Assembly (NCBI RefSeq): GCF_964194025.1
Contig: NC_134471.1
Location: 70,866,001-70,930,000 of the forward strand
Direction: 5' to 3'
Length of the DNA: 64,000 nucleotides
Source of the DNA: Convolutriloba macropyga
Taxonomy: Eukaryota
The stretch's first letter is position 1; each line of letters opens with the position of its first letter. Position numbers and translations under genes: made by a program. This document shows, piece after piece, positions 44,798 to 58,162 of the stretch. The notes beneath the pieces were generated by a model. That model saw nothing but the letters and a program-made list of their open reading frames with translations, did not search any database and was not told where the DNA came from.

Positions 44798-47300
44798 TGT
44801 GTAAGTTTCTTGGGCCTGAGAAATGATAACTCAATGTTTGAAAAAGTATCATAAATTGATGTAGACCACTCCCAAAAATGCACAATTTGATTGGATTATA
44901 AACAATTTATGCTGCTTTTAAACTACATAATTTTTCACAAACAAACTTGAGCAACTTTCATAAGATGCGTGTGTTGAATTTATTTATTAATTTTATGTAA
45001 CATTCATCACTGGGGTATATAATAAGCTGATGGTAATAAACTCGGTTGTATTTTTCAATAATTGTACCAATTACTCAGTTAGTTATGCAAGATTTACATT
45101 TTGTTCCTTTTATTAACCGACTCGGCTGAATAGGCCTCAGTTTTCAGTTGTTATGTTACTTGTTTGTTGAAAATATTCGTGTTTCTTTGTAGTTTGGTAT
45201 GCATGAGTTATACTGTGTCTGTAGTTTGGTTTTGCATTACTAAATAATTAGAATTAGGAATTTGACATTTTTTACATCTATGACCAGGCAAAGAACAAAA
45301 AGCGCAGAAGTCATACTTGATAGAACCAGTCTTCGTACGGGAAAGCAATTCCCTATTTTAATGCACATGTACTTCTTCAAAAATTGCCCAAAAATGATCT
45401 ATAGGTATGTATTAACCGACTCGGCTGAATATGCCTCGGTTTTCAGTTGTTATGTTACTTGTTTGTTGAAAATATGTGTAAGTTTGTTGGGCCTGAGAAA
45501 TGATAACTGAATGTTTGGAAAAGTATCAAAAATTGATGCAGACCACTCCCAAAAATGCACAATTTGATTGGATTATAAACAATTTATGCTGCTTTTAAAC
45601 TACATAATTTTTCACAAACAAACTTGAGCAACTTTCATAAGATGCGTGTGTTGAATTTATTTATTAATTTTATGTAACATTCATCACTGGGGTATATAAT
45701 AAGCTGATGGTAATAAACTCGGTTGTATTTTTCAATAATTGTACCAATTACTCAGTTAGTTATGCAAGATTTACATTTTGTTCCTTTTATTAACCGACTC
45801 GGCTGAATAGGCCTCAGTTTTCAGTTGTTATGTTACTTGTTTGTTGAAAATATTCGTGTTTCTTTGTAGTTTGGTATGCATGAGTTATACTGTGTCTGTA
45901 GTTTGGTTTTGCATTACTAAATAATTAGAATTAGGAATTTGACATTTTTTACATCTATGACCAGGCAAAGAACAAAAAGCGCAGAAGTCATACTTGATAG
46001 AACCAGTCTTCGTACGGGAAAGCAATTTCCTATTTTAATGCACATGTACTTCTTCAAAAATTGCCCAAAAATGATCTATAGGTATGTATTAACCGACTCG
46101 GCTGAATATGCCTCGGTTTTCAGTTGTTATGTTACTTGTTTGTTGAAAATATGTGTAAGTTTGTTGGGCCTGAGAAATGATAACTGAATGTTTGGAAAAG
46201 TATCAAAAATTGATGCAGACCACTCCCAAAAATGCACAATTTGATTGGATTATAAACAATTTATGCTGCTTTTAAACTACATAATTTTTCACAAACAAAC
46301 TTGAGCAACGTTCATTAGATGCGTGTGTTGAATTTAATTAGTAATTTTTTGTAACATTCATCACTGGGGTATATAAAAAGGTGATGGTTAATAAACTCGA
46401 TTGTATTTTTTAGTAATTGTACCAATTACTCAGTTAGTTATGCAAGATTTACATTTTATTCCTTTTATTAACCGACTCGGCTGAATATGCCTCGGTTTTC
46501 AGTTGTTGTGTTATTTGTTTGTTGAAAATATTCCGCTGACTTTGTAGTTTGGTATGCATGAATTATACTGTGTCTGTAGTTTGGTTTTGCATTACTAAAT
46601 AATTAGAATTAGGAATTTGACATTTATTACATCTATGACCAGGCAAAGAAAAAAAAGCGCAGAAGTCATACTTGATAGAACCAGTCTTAGTACGGGAAAG
46701 CAATTTCCTATTTTAATGCACATGTACTTCTTAAAAAATTGCGCAAAAATAATCTATAGGTATTTATTAACCGACTCGGCTGAATATGCCTCGGTTTTCA
46801 GTTGTTATGATACTTATTTGTTGAAAATATTCGTGTGACTTCGTAGATTGGTATGCAAGAATTATACTGTGTCTGTAGTTTGGTTTTGCATTACTTAATA
46901 ATTAGAATTAGGAATTTGACATTTTTTATATCTATGACCAGGCAAAGCAAAAAAAAGCGCAGAAGTCTTACTTGATAGAACCAGTCATAATACGGGAAAG
47001 CAATTTCCTATTTTCCCGGGCCGAGGATTTTGCCCAAAAATAACGGGGAAATGTGTGTAAAGAGTGTAAAAATAATATTTTTACACCGTTAGTGCCCCCC
47101 TTATTAAGGGTGGAATTGCATATTAAAGTGTAATATTAGTGGTGTAATTTTAATATTTAACGGTGGAAAAAGAGNNNNNNNNNNNNNNNNNNNNNNNGGA
47201 CACCTCGGCCCGGGTTAATACATATGTACAAAAAAATGCGCAAAATTAATCTATAGGTATTTTTAATACATTGCGGCCGTTATGCCTAGTCTTAACAGTT
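44798..47300. repeat. Tandem array, 677-bp unit x3 plus partial, with an internal sub-repeat containing a hairpin
   Basis: Near-identical units (ORF track repeats at 45262, 45939, 46617); motif TAACCGACTCGGCTGAATA.GCCTC.GTTTTCAGTTGTT occurs twice per unit. Confidence 0.95.
47015..47214. mobile_element. TIR element (CCCGGGCCGAGG...CCTCGGCCCGGG) inserted in the tandem array; spans a gap
   Basis: 12-bp perfect TIRs; array sequence resumes after GGG|TTAA; N gap at 47175-47197 makes the true length unknown. Confidence 0.7.
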
Positions 47301-48137
47301 TTCCGCAGTTGTCCCTAATCCAAACACATGACAGCAACTCCTAATCTTAATACATAACGATAATCGAATAAATACAATCTATCCTTATTCATGGCATCTA
47401 TTTGCCATCTTAATATATTGGATCTATTCGGCATCTTAATTCATGGAATCTTTTGATACATGGCGACGGCTTTAACCTATCTTAATACAGGTAAAAGCTA
47501 TAACCGTTTTAGTGTCGACTCTAACTTGTGTAGACTACTTTGCTCTATCTAAATACTTGAGATCAACACCCCCGCGGGAATGGGGCTCAAACTTTCACTT
47601 ATTTGCTTTCATGACGTAAATTTGTATTGCGGAATTCATGGTTAGACATCCGATTAAGGTGGTTGCATTGCATTAGTTATGAGTCCTCATTGGCAAAAGT
47701 TAGTTAAAATAAAATTTTTATATAAAATTTATATGCTGCTCCTTTAGATAGCAAACAGCACAAAGTTTGCCAACTTTCTGTCAGAAATTGACAAACATTC
47801 TGCGTTAAATTGGAGATCATTTGTTTATCATTGCCGTTTTTGCCACATTTGTTTAAATATTTTGGCAATATGTAACTTTTTTTTGTTAAACAAATTGAGC
47901 CATTTTGTTACAATTTGATCTACGAATTTAAACTACTTAAAGCAAAATCGTCTTAAAGCACTTAAATTCTATTGTCGTCAATTCGTTATCTCGAAAAAAA
48001 TTTTAAACACCAGTGACCTGTTTTTGAATTCATGAACATTTGCTAAAAAGAACACGTTTAGTACAACAAATACGAAAAAACCTTGATTATAGCCCAATCA
48101 TGAGAAAAAAGTGTATTAGCTATGGAAAGGACAAACT

Positions 48138-48838
48138 GAGAACACTTCACTAAAAACAAAGCAATTAATTTTCTACAACTATTTTCGAAGTTGCTTTATT
48201 GTACTTTCTTTGAAAAGTGAAGCATCAAGTAGAATTAATAAAAATATCCAACCGGGAGTCAAGGAATGTGAAGTTGGTTATATATGTCAGGTTTCACAAA
48301 TTAAGTAGTTATAAGCATAACCGTATGAACCGATAAAGCAAAATTAAAATAATTAGTGACACAAAAAAATTTGACCATAACTCGTTTTTGCCATTCCCTT
48401 TGTTCACGGTTTTCAAAAATTTAGGCACAAAGAAGTTCTCAAAATGAAGAAGTTCCCTCAAGCATTCCTTTCCTAAGAAAACTCAAGTTTTTGCTCAATA
48501 ACACCATGTTTTGCAGAAGATTGCCAAGGCACAAAATTTGATGCTAAGATAAACCTTTGTTATTTTTTATTGTTAATACTTGTCGCATTGACCGCCTTAA
48601 GTATACTCAGAAAATCATTTTGCTTATTTGAATTAATAAAGGACGATACAAGCGTTTAAGATAAATAAATCAGTTCTCAGTTTTTCTAGTTTTGTGTGTT
48701 GAATTTCGACTGTTTTTCTTTGATTCCTTTTGTTTGTCACTTCTTCTCTTAACCTTTGAAAGTCTGTTTCGAGCGAAGATCCATAATAGTGCATAGATGT
48801 TCTCAAATGAATTGGGCATCAATGATTTATTGATGACA
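48138..48838 (-). repeat. BEL-2 3' LTR (about 110-bp internal deletion; outer end uncertain)
   Basis: High similarity to 56005-56805; lacks the block at ~56420-56520. Confidence 0.8.
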
Positions 48839-49349
48839 TAGCCGGCCCAATTTGAAAGAATGCAAAGAATAGTATACTAAGTCCATAAAATTAAAGACGA
48901 TTCTTGGTTGAAAAAAACAATCTTGGTAACGCATTAACAAAGAAATTAATTTCGAGATAAAAGAATAACTGACGTTATGCAAGAATATCAACCTTGATAA
49001 ATTTACGGATTTCAATGAAATTTTTTTGCAAAAATAAAACGAAGTACGGGAGAATAACGGTTAAAAAAGCGTAATAAACCGATAAACGCGAAAAAAACGG
49101 TAAAAATTTCCGCAAAACTACGGGTCCGCAGAAACTTAATGAGGAGGTCAAAATTTAGCTATCCGAACGAACGTTCTGAGGGGAGCAACAGGTTGCTACG
49201 GTGTAGCAATTTTTCTACCCGCAGAAAAGGCAGATTTTGAGTACAAACTGTCATGGAAAAATTGTTCTTTTCCTGAAAGAACTTACAAAGAGGCGAACCT
49301 TGTGAATTAGTGTTCGAATCAATGATAAAAATCAGTCAACTAGAACTTT

Positions 49350-52300
49350 GCTTAATTTAACAACAGGGCGAACTTTTTCACTAAACGCTGTCTTTAGTTT
49401 AACGGATCTCACAATTTGGTCCGAACCTGGGTATACTTCTATGACTTTGGCCAGTGGCCAAAGACCTCGAGGCGTGAAATCCTCCAAAACTCAAACAAGA
49501 TTGTCTCGTCTCTCTTCAAATTGGGACAACCTTTAGTCCATTTGCAAACTTTCTGCTGGTTTGGGAGATATTCTATGAGAAATTTGTTCCAGAAATGTTT
49601 GGCCAACTGTTGTGAAGTTCTCCAAGACTTTGAGATTGTAATCTTTTTCTCGGAGAAAACACCAGGTGGAAAATTGACAGTGAGTCTGCTCAACAGAAAA
49701 CGATTTTGTGTTAGGGGAAGTGGATCATTAATGTTACTCGAAGTGTTTGTGAGGGGACGAGAGTTCACGTCAAATTCTTTTTCGCAAGTGAAGGTAGACA
49801 AAGTTTCATTTGTTAGGGTTCTTGATCCATTGACCTTGTACAAAGACATTTTGAACAGTTGAATTAACCTTTCCCAACTACCATCAAAATGTTGTGCAAG
49901 AGGAGGACTAAACTTCCATTCAGTTTCAATATCAAGAATATGGAGTTTTGAGGCAAAATCCTTTGATGCTCTTAGTGATTCGATACCTTTCTTTAGTTCC
50001 GAACAAGAGCTGTGAAAAGATTTACCGTTTGCGGAAAAAATTTTCTGGGCTTTCCGCGGCGACTAATGAATCTGCGGATGCAATTCATTGTTGAGTCTGT
50101 AGACAGTTTTTCTGCTATCTCCAATTGGACTTCTCTTACCACCAAGCATTCGAACAGAAGTACGTAGCGTGTAGCGTCTCTGCCATATTGAGATACGGGG
50201 AAAGAACCTATGAAGTCAAGTCCTGTCGTCGCAAGACAAAGTGGTGCTCACTTGGTAACCGCTCGCATGGTAGATCAAGCATTTGAGGTTGCTGGATTTC
50301 TTGTATCATTCGTCGACAAGGAATGCATTGGCGGACTGTCTGCCTAACGACAGCTCGGCATTTCAAGACCCAATGGTATTGAATAAGGATGCACCGCGTT
50401 TGTTCAACTCCTGACTGAGCGTTAATTAGGTAAAAATTCTCGATTAGAAGCTTCACAACAGGGTTTAGACCATCCAGAAAGATTGGGTGTCGGGAAATTT
50501 CCAAATCCATTGCCTTGGACAACCGGACTTTGGCGCGGAGCTGATTATTGTTTTCAACATACGGACAAGGTCTTTCAGACAACTTGATTCTGAAAAGTCC
50601 TTGCCTTTACGTAGAGCAGATATTTTGTTTGCAATATTTTCAATCTGCGATACCTGGATAAGGTACCTGTACGCAAAAGTATGATGACAGAGAGCCAAAT
50701 GTTTGCTTCGCTTCTTGCAAAAGTCGCCGAAAAAGAAACAGTGCGCAGTCACTCTTATCAACCGATTCCAGTTGCTAAAAAGTGCAATATTTATTAGACA
50801 CCCTTGAGTTGACCGTTTAGGGGCTTCCGGTGGCTGTATTGAAAATACAAGTGGATGATGCTTCAAGAGATCTTGACAAGGCCATTCTTTCTCTTCGGAG
50901 CGCAGAAATGATGGTCCACTCAACCAACAAGAATTTGCATTCATCTGTCGAACCTCATAGCCTCTTGAGCCGTCATCAGCTGGATTATCAGATGAAGCGA
51001 TGTAGCGCCAATTGAGAGATGAGAGACGTCGAGAATCCTTGCCTATCTATCGCCAACGAAAATTCGATGACGCACTTCGGGATTTCTCAACCAATTAAGT
51101 ACAGTTATACTATCGGACCAGAAAAAGTAATTTCCGGTCTCCAAGTCTTGCTGTTTTTTGATAAATAGAGCAAATTGCGCGCCATACACTGCCGCTTGCA
51201 ACACCAGGTTTGGAATAGTCATCCTCTTGATCGGAGCTACTCTGGCTTTGCCCATCATGAAGACTACATCCACAGTTTTATCAACGTACTCAGTTTTTAG
51301 ATAAGACACTGCTGATAGAGCATAATCTGAAGCGTCTGTGAACATGTGAAGAGCTGTTGACTGAATTTTCGTGTTTCTACGGAAGAGAGCACGTGGAATG
51401 CTGATATTCTGGTAAGATGGAAGATCGCTTTTGAATTGAATAAATTCTAGGAACTGCTGAACGTCCAGTGGTGGGTCCCATTGTGGACCTTGATTCCAAA
51501 CCACTTGCAATATTTTCCTCACCCTGATTGTTAAAGGGGCTGTAACGCCAAGGGGATGAAAAGTTGAAGCAATGAACTTCAAAATTTCCTCATTGCTGTG
51601 CATTTATCCATGAGGAACTTTTTGAAAAGTCCTTTCTCAATGATGTATTCGTCAGTGCTTGCGTTCCACGTAAGACCCAAAACTTTTTGATGTTGAGGTG
51701 ATGGCACATCGGGCTTCAAAATATTATCAGTTGCGACATTTCTCAAGAACTCGTCGGAATTGAAATTCCACTTTGTGAGGTTGAAACCACCAAATGAAAG
51801 ACACTCTGTGGTTCTTTTCATAACGTTTACAGCATTTTCAATGTGTGCTGTCGAGATATATAGGTCGTCCTTGTAGATATTACGCTCAATGAAGTGTAAC
51901 ACTTGGGGAAATTTGTCCTGATTGTCACTGCTGAACGAAGAAGAGCGTCTGCTATGCATGTGGAAGATTTTCCGCCGAAAATTTGTCGTGTGTATTCATA
52001 CTCTTCAATTTTGCCACTGTAGTTCCATAGGAACCGAAAAAAGGCAGGATCAGAGAGAGCAACTTTAATTTGCATGAACGTTTGCTCAATATCTGCTAAA
52101 ATTGCCACTTGTTGCTCGCGGAATCTTTAGCGGACTCCCACAAGATTACTCAACAAACCGGGTCCCTTCAAAAAGTTTTAATTCAAGGATTGACCTTGAA
52201 AATCACTGGATGCATTTGTGACTCTTCTGACTTTTCCGGGTGTGTTATCATTTGAAACGGGATGTTGAAAAAGATAAGAACATGCTGGTTCTATGTCTGT

Positions 52301-55038
52301 AGCAGGATCAACTTTGACAACAGAGTCAATTTGAAGATCTTTTTTAAGCGTCTCGTCATATTTATTTTGTAAATCTGGTTTTGTTGAGAGCATTTTGTTT
52401 AATTGCTTTAACTCTTTTTCTGCTAGCCATCTGTTTTTAGGTAAATTGGCATTTTCCTTCCAAAGAAGGCCTATTTCGTAGTGACCATCAGAAAATTTTG
52501 TAGTCGACTCAAGGATTAGCAGAGCTTTTTCACCATTTTTAGACATAGCCTTTTTTGGTGAAGCTATACCGTAGTTCTTGATTTTCATCCACTGTTGTAC
52601 TTTTGTGAAAAATTCATTGTCTAGATGAAGATGAGAGTTGATTTGTGTTTTGAACACTGGGTTCCGTTTGTCTGCTGTGTCGCTATTTTTACCTGCACAT
52701 GTCCATACTAGAGGAGTTTCTACAGCCCAGGGGCGCGTGTTTTTTGGGCTTTTAATCACCTTACTGTAATGGACTAGTTCCAGACTGTCAATGCCGATGA
52801 TTAATGAGACTTTATTGTCATCAACATTAGGGAACGAAATGTGATTGAGATGTTCAAATTTCCTGCAAAGCTGGTTCAGCTCATTAGTGCTAACAGGGTT
52901 CATATTCAAATCGGAACTGCCAAGACTTCGTTTACGATGATTGGTGTCTTATTAGACTAACAATGTTTAACTTTTGAAGACACTGGAGGACACACTATTT
53001 CTTTTGTTGTGTGGTAGCCACTAATAGGCATCTTGCCAAAAGTGTTCAATTCAATACCTAGAATCAGAGCTGCGGATTGGAGGAGCAGGCTCTGGCAACT
53101 TCCGTTGTCGAAATAAGCACATGTCTCAAACGTTTTCTCCCCGTAAGACAGTTAGAGGGTAAGACGTAAGACGTTTTCTCCCCGTAAGACTGGTAAGAAA
53201 TCAATTTGACCTGTGCCATGCAATTGAACCAATTGAACAGTTGAAGAGCGTCGTATTTCTTAATTTTTTGCAATGAAGCTTTCATGGAGCATTGTGTGGT
53301 GCTTTTTCCCGCAGTCTGCAGAGCGGCATACATTTTTTGATGTGCATTGTTGTACACGCGGACTACCAGAACTGTTGAAAACTTTAATTTCTTCACGTGT
53401 TCTCGTCTCTCGAGTGAACAGATATTGGGAATGAGAGCATTTGAATAAATAGTGACAGCTACCGCTATTTGGACAAACAACATCTTTCGCAGGGCTTGGT
53501 TGAAAGCTATTTGACGGGTTTGTGCGTTGATCCTAGTGTGATCTGTTGGACGGACGATTGAATTGGTTTTGCTGATTCAATTGCTTCCAAAGGTTGATAG
53601 AGGCCTTTGAATGAGTGCTTGGAGGTTGAACTGATGCAGAAGAAGTGGGTAGACCTCGGCAAGCCTTTTCATAAATTAAAAGCCACTCCGAAAGCTCTTT
53701 CATAGATGGTTGAAGTAAACTTCTTTCCAATCCTGCCTATTCCATTCCAAGCGGACTGGTGTTGAAAGCTTGTTTAAGGCTTGATTGACATTAGTAGTGG
53801 AATGTATGTCATGGTTGAATCCAAGTTGCTGAAATGTTTGCACAAGGGTTAAAAGGAAAGCAGAGAACTGCGTATAACTGTCTGGCATTGTCAGGTTAGG
53901 AGGTCTAAAATGTGACAGTTTTTCGAGGAAGGCATTGACAAACCTGTTCGGATTACCAAAATGCTCTTCCAGACGTGCTAATGCGAGTGCGTACAGGCTG
54001 CCATTGCAGCCGTAGCCGTCAACCAGTGCTTTTGCAATCAGGAGCGACTGCAGATGAATCATTTTTTCTGCAGAGGACATTGGAGAACGATCAATTGTTG
54101 CTTGAAACACGCTGAACCATTTATCCCTTTTAGTGGATCTCCATCAAATTTTGTCGCCTGTAACTTCGGCACCGATTTCTGGAAACAAGAAGACATTGAG
54201 GTAGGAGTCTGTGGCCCAAAACCAACTGTTGGAAGTTTAAAGGATGGTTGCGAAGGTCTGATTGGCGGAGTCAAAGAAGAAGTTTGAGCCGCCTGATGAG
54301 AATCATGGAATGAAGGAAATGCGCCGTCAATTTTTGCGGAAGTGGTTTTGAAACCACCAAAGGCCACACCAAGGCATTGTTGATGGTGCTGGTGCTTGAT
54401 ACGTCAGCCAATGGGAGTTGTTGCGACAAATTTGCCGGCGGCAAAATAGTGTTTGAGTCTCCCATTAAGCTACTGGGTGCAGCATTGTTAGGGAAGGATT
54501 CTATGTAAGAACCGTATTCAGCTGGTGCCGGGAAAATGTTGGTCGTTAAGGATGGGTCAGTATGAGTTTGACATCAGCTGTCGTCAAAGGTCACCCTCGG
54601 GATGTTATTTGTTTGGTTGCATTGTGGCGCGGACACAAGATCCTTTTTGTATTTTCGGTATGCGGAAGTATTTTCCGTATCTTGAATTTGAGTTTGCATA
54701 AATGAGAGCATAGAGTTTCTGCGTCAGATGATGGTGCTTTGAAACAGTTCTTGAATTGTAAAGTCGTACTTCTCCTGAAGTTCCTTGATTTCTAAGAGAG
54801 TTTCCTCGATTGTTACTCGGTCCTCGCCGCAGTCAATGCCGGATGTAATAAATTCGATATACGACTCGGTTTCACTTTCGTACATCAACTTTAAGTTGGT
54901 CAGACGTTTTAATTGGGGATCTTCAGAGACCTGCTCGTGACTTTCGGTGTTGTCGTCTGAGTATTGTGTCTGCGAATTTGAGGAGTTCATTGTTTTGTTG
55001 TTACTTCCTGTAGATTTTCCAGTTCTAGTAAAAACCAT
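49350..55038 (-). pseudogene. BEL-2 gag-pol, many frameshifts and stops
   Basis: ORF fragments 54724-55038, 53700-54367, 52178-52909, 51043-52108, 50208-50944 and 49439-49849 carry BEL motifs. Confidence 0.88.
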
Positions 55039-55119
55039 TGAACTTCACAGCTCCAACAAAGACAACTTCTTTCTTCGAAGCGCTTTGAACCTTTGTCAGC
55101 AAGTCTGTTAGAAACTGCA

Positions 55120-55640
55120 ACACCTATCTAGAAAACCTAGCTGAATACCTAAAATCTACTAGATACCTACCTGAAACCTAAGCAGAAACCAAAATGAAAA
55201 ACTTCCTGAACAAACTTAGCTGAATACCTAAAATCTACTAAATAACTACCTGGATCTACCTGCAACCTGCCTGAAACCTACTCAATAACCTACCGGATAC
55301 CAATGAAACCTACCTGATACCACTAGATTAACCTACATGAAAACCTAATCGAATACTTAAGAAAACCTATATGCCTTCCTGGAACCTACCTGATTTTTAT
55401 TCAATAACCTACCTAATACCACTTAAACTTACCTGATACCACCAGAGAAACCTATCGGAAAACCTATCTGAAAACTAAAAACTCACATATACCTACCTGG
55501 GACTACCCACAAACTACCTGATACATAATCAATAACCATCAATAACCTGCCGAATACCACTGAAATCTACCTGATACCACCTGATAAAGCTACCTGAAAA
55601 AAAAAACGAAACCTGCCTGAATACTTTATCAATACCGACA
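55120..55640. repeat. Degenerate ACCTACCTGA-rich tandem repeat in the BEL-2 leader
   Basis: Recurring AAACCTACCTGATACCAC and TCAATAACCTACC units. Confidence 0.75.
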
Positions 55641-56004
55641 TTACATACTATTTGGAGAATAATGTCGTTATTTTTCCGGACAAAAAACAAAGAGAACGTT
55701 GTTGAAAAACGTGTTTCGTACGCTCGTGTTTAACTATCGTTTCGTAAAATTGGGAACGCAGATTAAAGCGCTCGATCTGAATTACGGGAAAACGCAAGAA
55801 GGTAATATTGTTGAAACATCGAAATTTTTTCAGTATTTTGTGGTCATATCAAGAAAAAATTCTTAGGTCGCAAGAAAGGGGTGAATAGTCAAAAGGGCGA
55901 AAAAAAATAACAAGGAAAGATAAATTGTAATAACTAAAAAAAAGTCCAGTTAAATATGAAGCTCGTCTTGTGATGGAATGGGTGTTCTCCCGGATGTTGG
56001 ATGG

Positions 56005-56805
56005 GAGAACTTTTCACTAAAAACAAAGCAATTAATTTACTACAACTATTTTCGAAGTTGCTTTATTGTACTTTCTTTGAAAAGTGAAGCATCAAGTAGA
56101 ATTAATATAAATACCGAACCGGAGTCAAGGAATGTGAAGTTGGTAATATATGTCAGGTTTCACAAATTAAGTAGATATAAGCATAACCGTATGAACCCAT
56201 AAAGCAAAATTAAAATAATTAGTGACACGAAAAAATTTGACCATAACTCGTTTTTGCCATTCCCTTTGTTCACGGTTTTCAAAAATTTAGGCACAAAGAA
56301 GTTCTCTAAATGAAGAAGTTCCCCCAAGCATTCCTTTCCTTAGAAAACTCAAGTTTTTGCTCAATAACACCATATTTTGCAGAAGATTGCCAAAGCACAA
56401 AATTTGATGCTCAGGTAAACTTTTCTTCGACATCATTTCAAACAGGGTGATATGATGTGTTTTATGCTTTCAAAAGCAACAGTGGGAATTTTTCAATGCC
56501 GCACACCGACTCATCCGAGCCTTTTTGTTATTTTTTATTGTTAATACTTGTCGCATTGACCGCCTTAAGTATACTCAGAAAATCATTTTGCTTATTTGAA
56601 TTAATAATGGACGATACCAGCGTTTAAGATAAATAAATCAGATCTCAGTTTATCTAGTTTTGTGTGTTGAATTTCGACTGTTTTTCTTTGATTCTTTTTG
56701 TTTTCACTTCTTCTCTTAACCGTTGAAGGTCTGTTTCGGGCAAAGATCCATAATAGTGCATAGATGTTCTCTAATGAATTGGACATCAATGATGTATTGA
56801 TGACA
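56005..56805 (-). repeat. BEL-2 5' LTR (inner end uncertain)
   Basis: Direct repeat of 48138-48838. Confidence 0.8.
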
Positions 56806-57276
56806 ATACTTTTGCTATTATTGTTATTATAATTAGCGTTCCTTTTAATAGTATACGAGATATCTTTTTAAAAGTTTTTTAAATTTTTTTGCTGTTTTTA
56901 GGAATGTTAAAACTGGATTCGGCAGAAAAGAACAACATTTATCTTATTCACAAAAAAAGATACTGAGCTCCAGTCGGACCCAATTTATAACGGAAACAAC
57001 TGTCAAGAGGTCTTTACTAATTTTGTGCAAATTAGGTGACAAAGTGATAAGAATTCGAAGGCACCTAAATTATTACAGAAAAAACCCGCCTGAGGGCTTA
57101 CATAATCTAAATGATAGCCTTATGATTTAATGATATAGTTTCCCGTACCTAACTCCAGGTTTGTTTCAGCACTGCACCAGTATAAATGCAATTCCTCATC
57201 ATTACTAAATCATAGACTGATTGATGTCACTTTTTTTGACTTGCGAGACTTGTGTTCATCCTGATTTTACAATGGC

Positions 57277-57372
57277 CAGACTTGCGCCAATTCTGATTTT
57301 GTACTTTTCAGACTTGCGCCAATTCTGATTTTATACTTTTCAGACTTGCGCCAATTCTGATCTTTTATTTTT
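57277..57372. repeat. 32-bp minisatellite x3
   Basis: CAGACTTGCGCCAATTCTGAT at 57277, 57309 and 57341. Confidence 0.9.
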
Positions 57373-57442
57373 CATACTTTTGGTCAAGTCTGATTATTCA
57401 CTTGTCAAACTGGCATCCATTCTGTATTTTTTTACTCAAAAA

Positions 57443-57803
57443 AATGTCAAAAATAGCCGGGGAAACGTCAAAAACAGCCAGAAGAAACGTCAAAAGTAAA
57501 CGAAAAACGTCAAAGTAGCCAAACAATCCTCAAAAATAGTCAAAAAACATCAAAAATAGCCAAAAAAATGTCTAAAACAGCCGGGAGAACGTCAAAAATT
57601 GCCACAGAAGGGTCAAAAATAGCCAAAAAAACTTCAAAAACAGCCGAAAAAACGTCAAAAGTAGCCAAAAAAACGTCAAAAGTAGCCAAAAGAAACGTCA
57701 AAAATAGTCGGAAAAATGTCTAAAACAGCCGAGGAATGTCAAAAATAGCCAAAAAGAAACGTCAAAAATAGCCAAAAAAAACGTCAAAAATAACCGAAAA
57801 AAA
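57443..57803. repeat. ~21-bp minisatellite (AAAATAGCCAAAAAAACGTC-like)
   Basis: Roughly 16 degenerate tandem units. Confidence 0.9.
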
Positions 57804-58060
57804 GTAATATTTACGTTAATAACTACTTTAACTTCCTAAACCTTAATTAGTATTTACTTAAATACTGGTCGAATCCGATCCAGTTATGGTTCATTAGAAG
57901 CGCCGTGAACAAAGCTTTAAGATCATTTATAGGACTCTGTATTTTGACCAGTGGTTCGGGAACTACCGGTCACCGAGCTCAACGCAAGCTGACCGATTTC
58001 GGCATATGCCACCCTGCTCTCGTTCGTAAAATTATGACTATAAACATTACATTAACTCAC

Positions 58061-58162
58061 TGAGGGCAAGAGCGGCTCTTTTACTAGCTGGTAACAAGAG
58101 ATACAACACATTTCTTCAAGAACTTCGCCCTGACTATCTTCGGGTTGAGACATTACAGCTAT
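58061..58162 (-). CDS. Probable first coding exon of a RING-finger (TRIM-like) gene
   Basis: TTTTCTTTTCAG| ...MSQPEDSQGEVLEEMCCISCYQLVKEPLLPS |GTGAGT: first CxxC and EP of a RING-HC; upstream 69-nt GT-AG intron (58163-58231). The next exon was not found. Confidence 0.5.

Larger units (their letters stand above)
48138..56805 (-). mobile_element. Second, older and heavily decayed BEL/Pao LTR retrotransposon
   Basis: Direct repeats 48138-48838 and 56005-56805, both starting TGTCATC on the minus strand; PPT-like TTCAAATTGGGCCGGCTA before the 3' LTR; fragmented gag (KFDGDPL), RT (ADIEQTFMQI, NIYKDDL), RNase H (HMFTDAS..KARVAP) and integrase. Confidence 0.9.

Noticed and set aside
45262-46838. Three repeated 73-82 aa ORFs
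   Set aside because: By-products of the 677-bp tandem array; non-ATG starts and no recognisable motifs.
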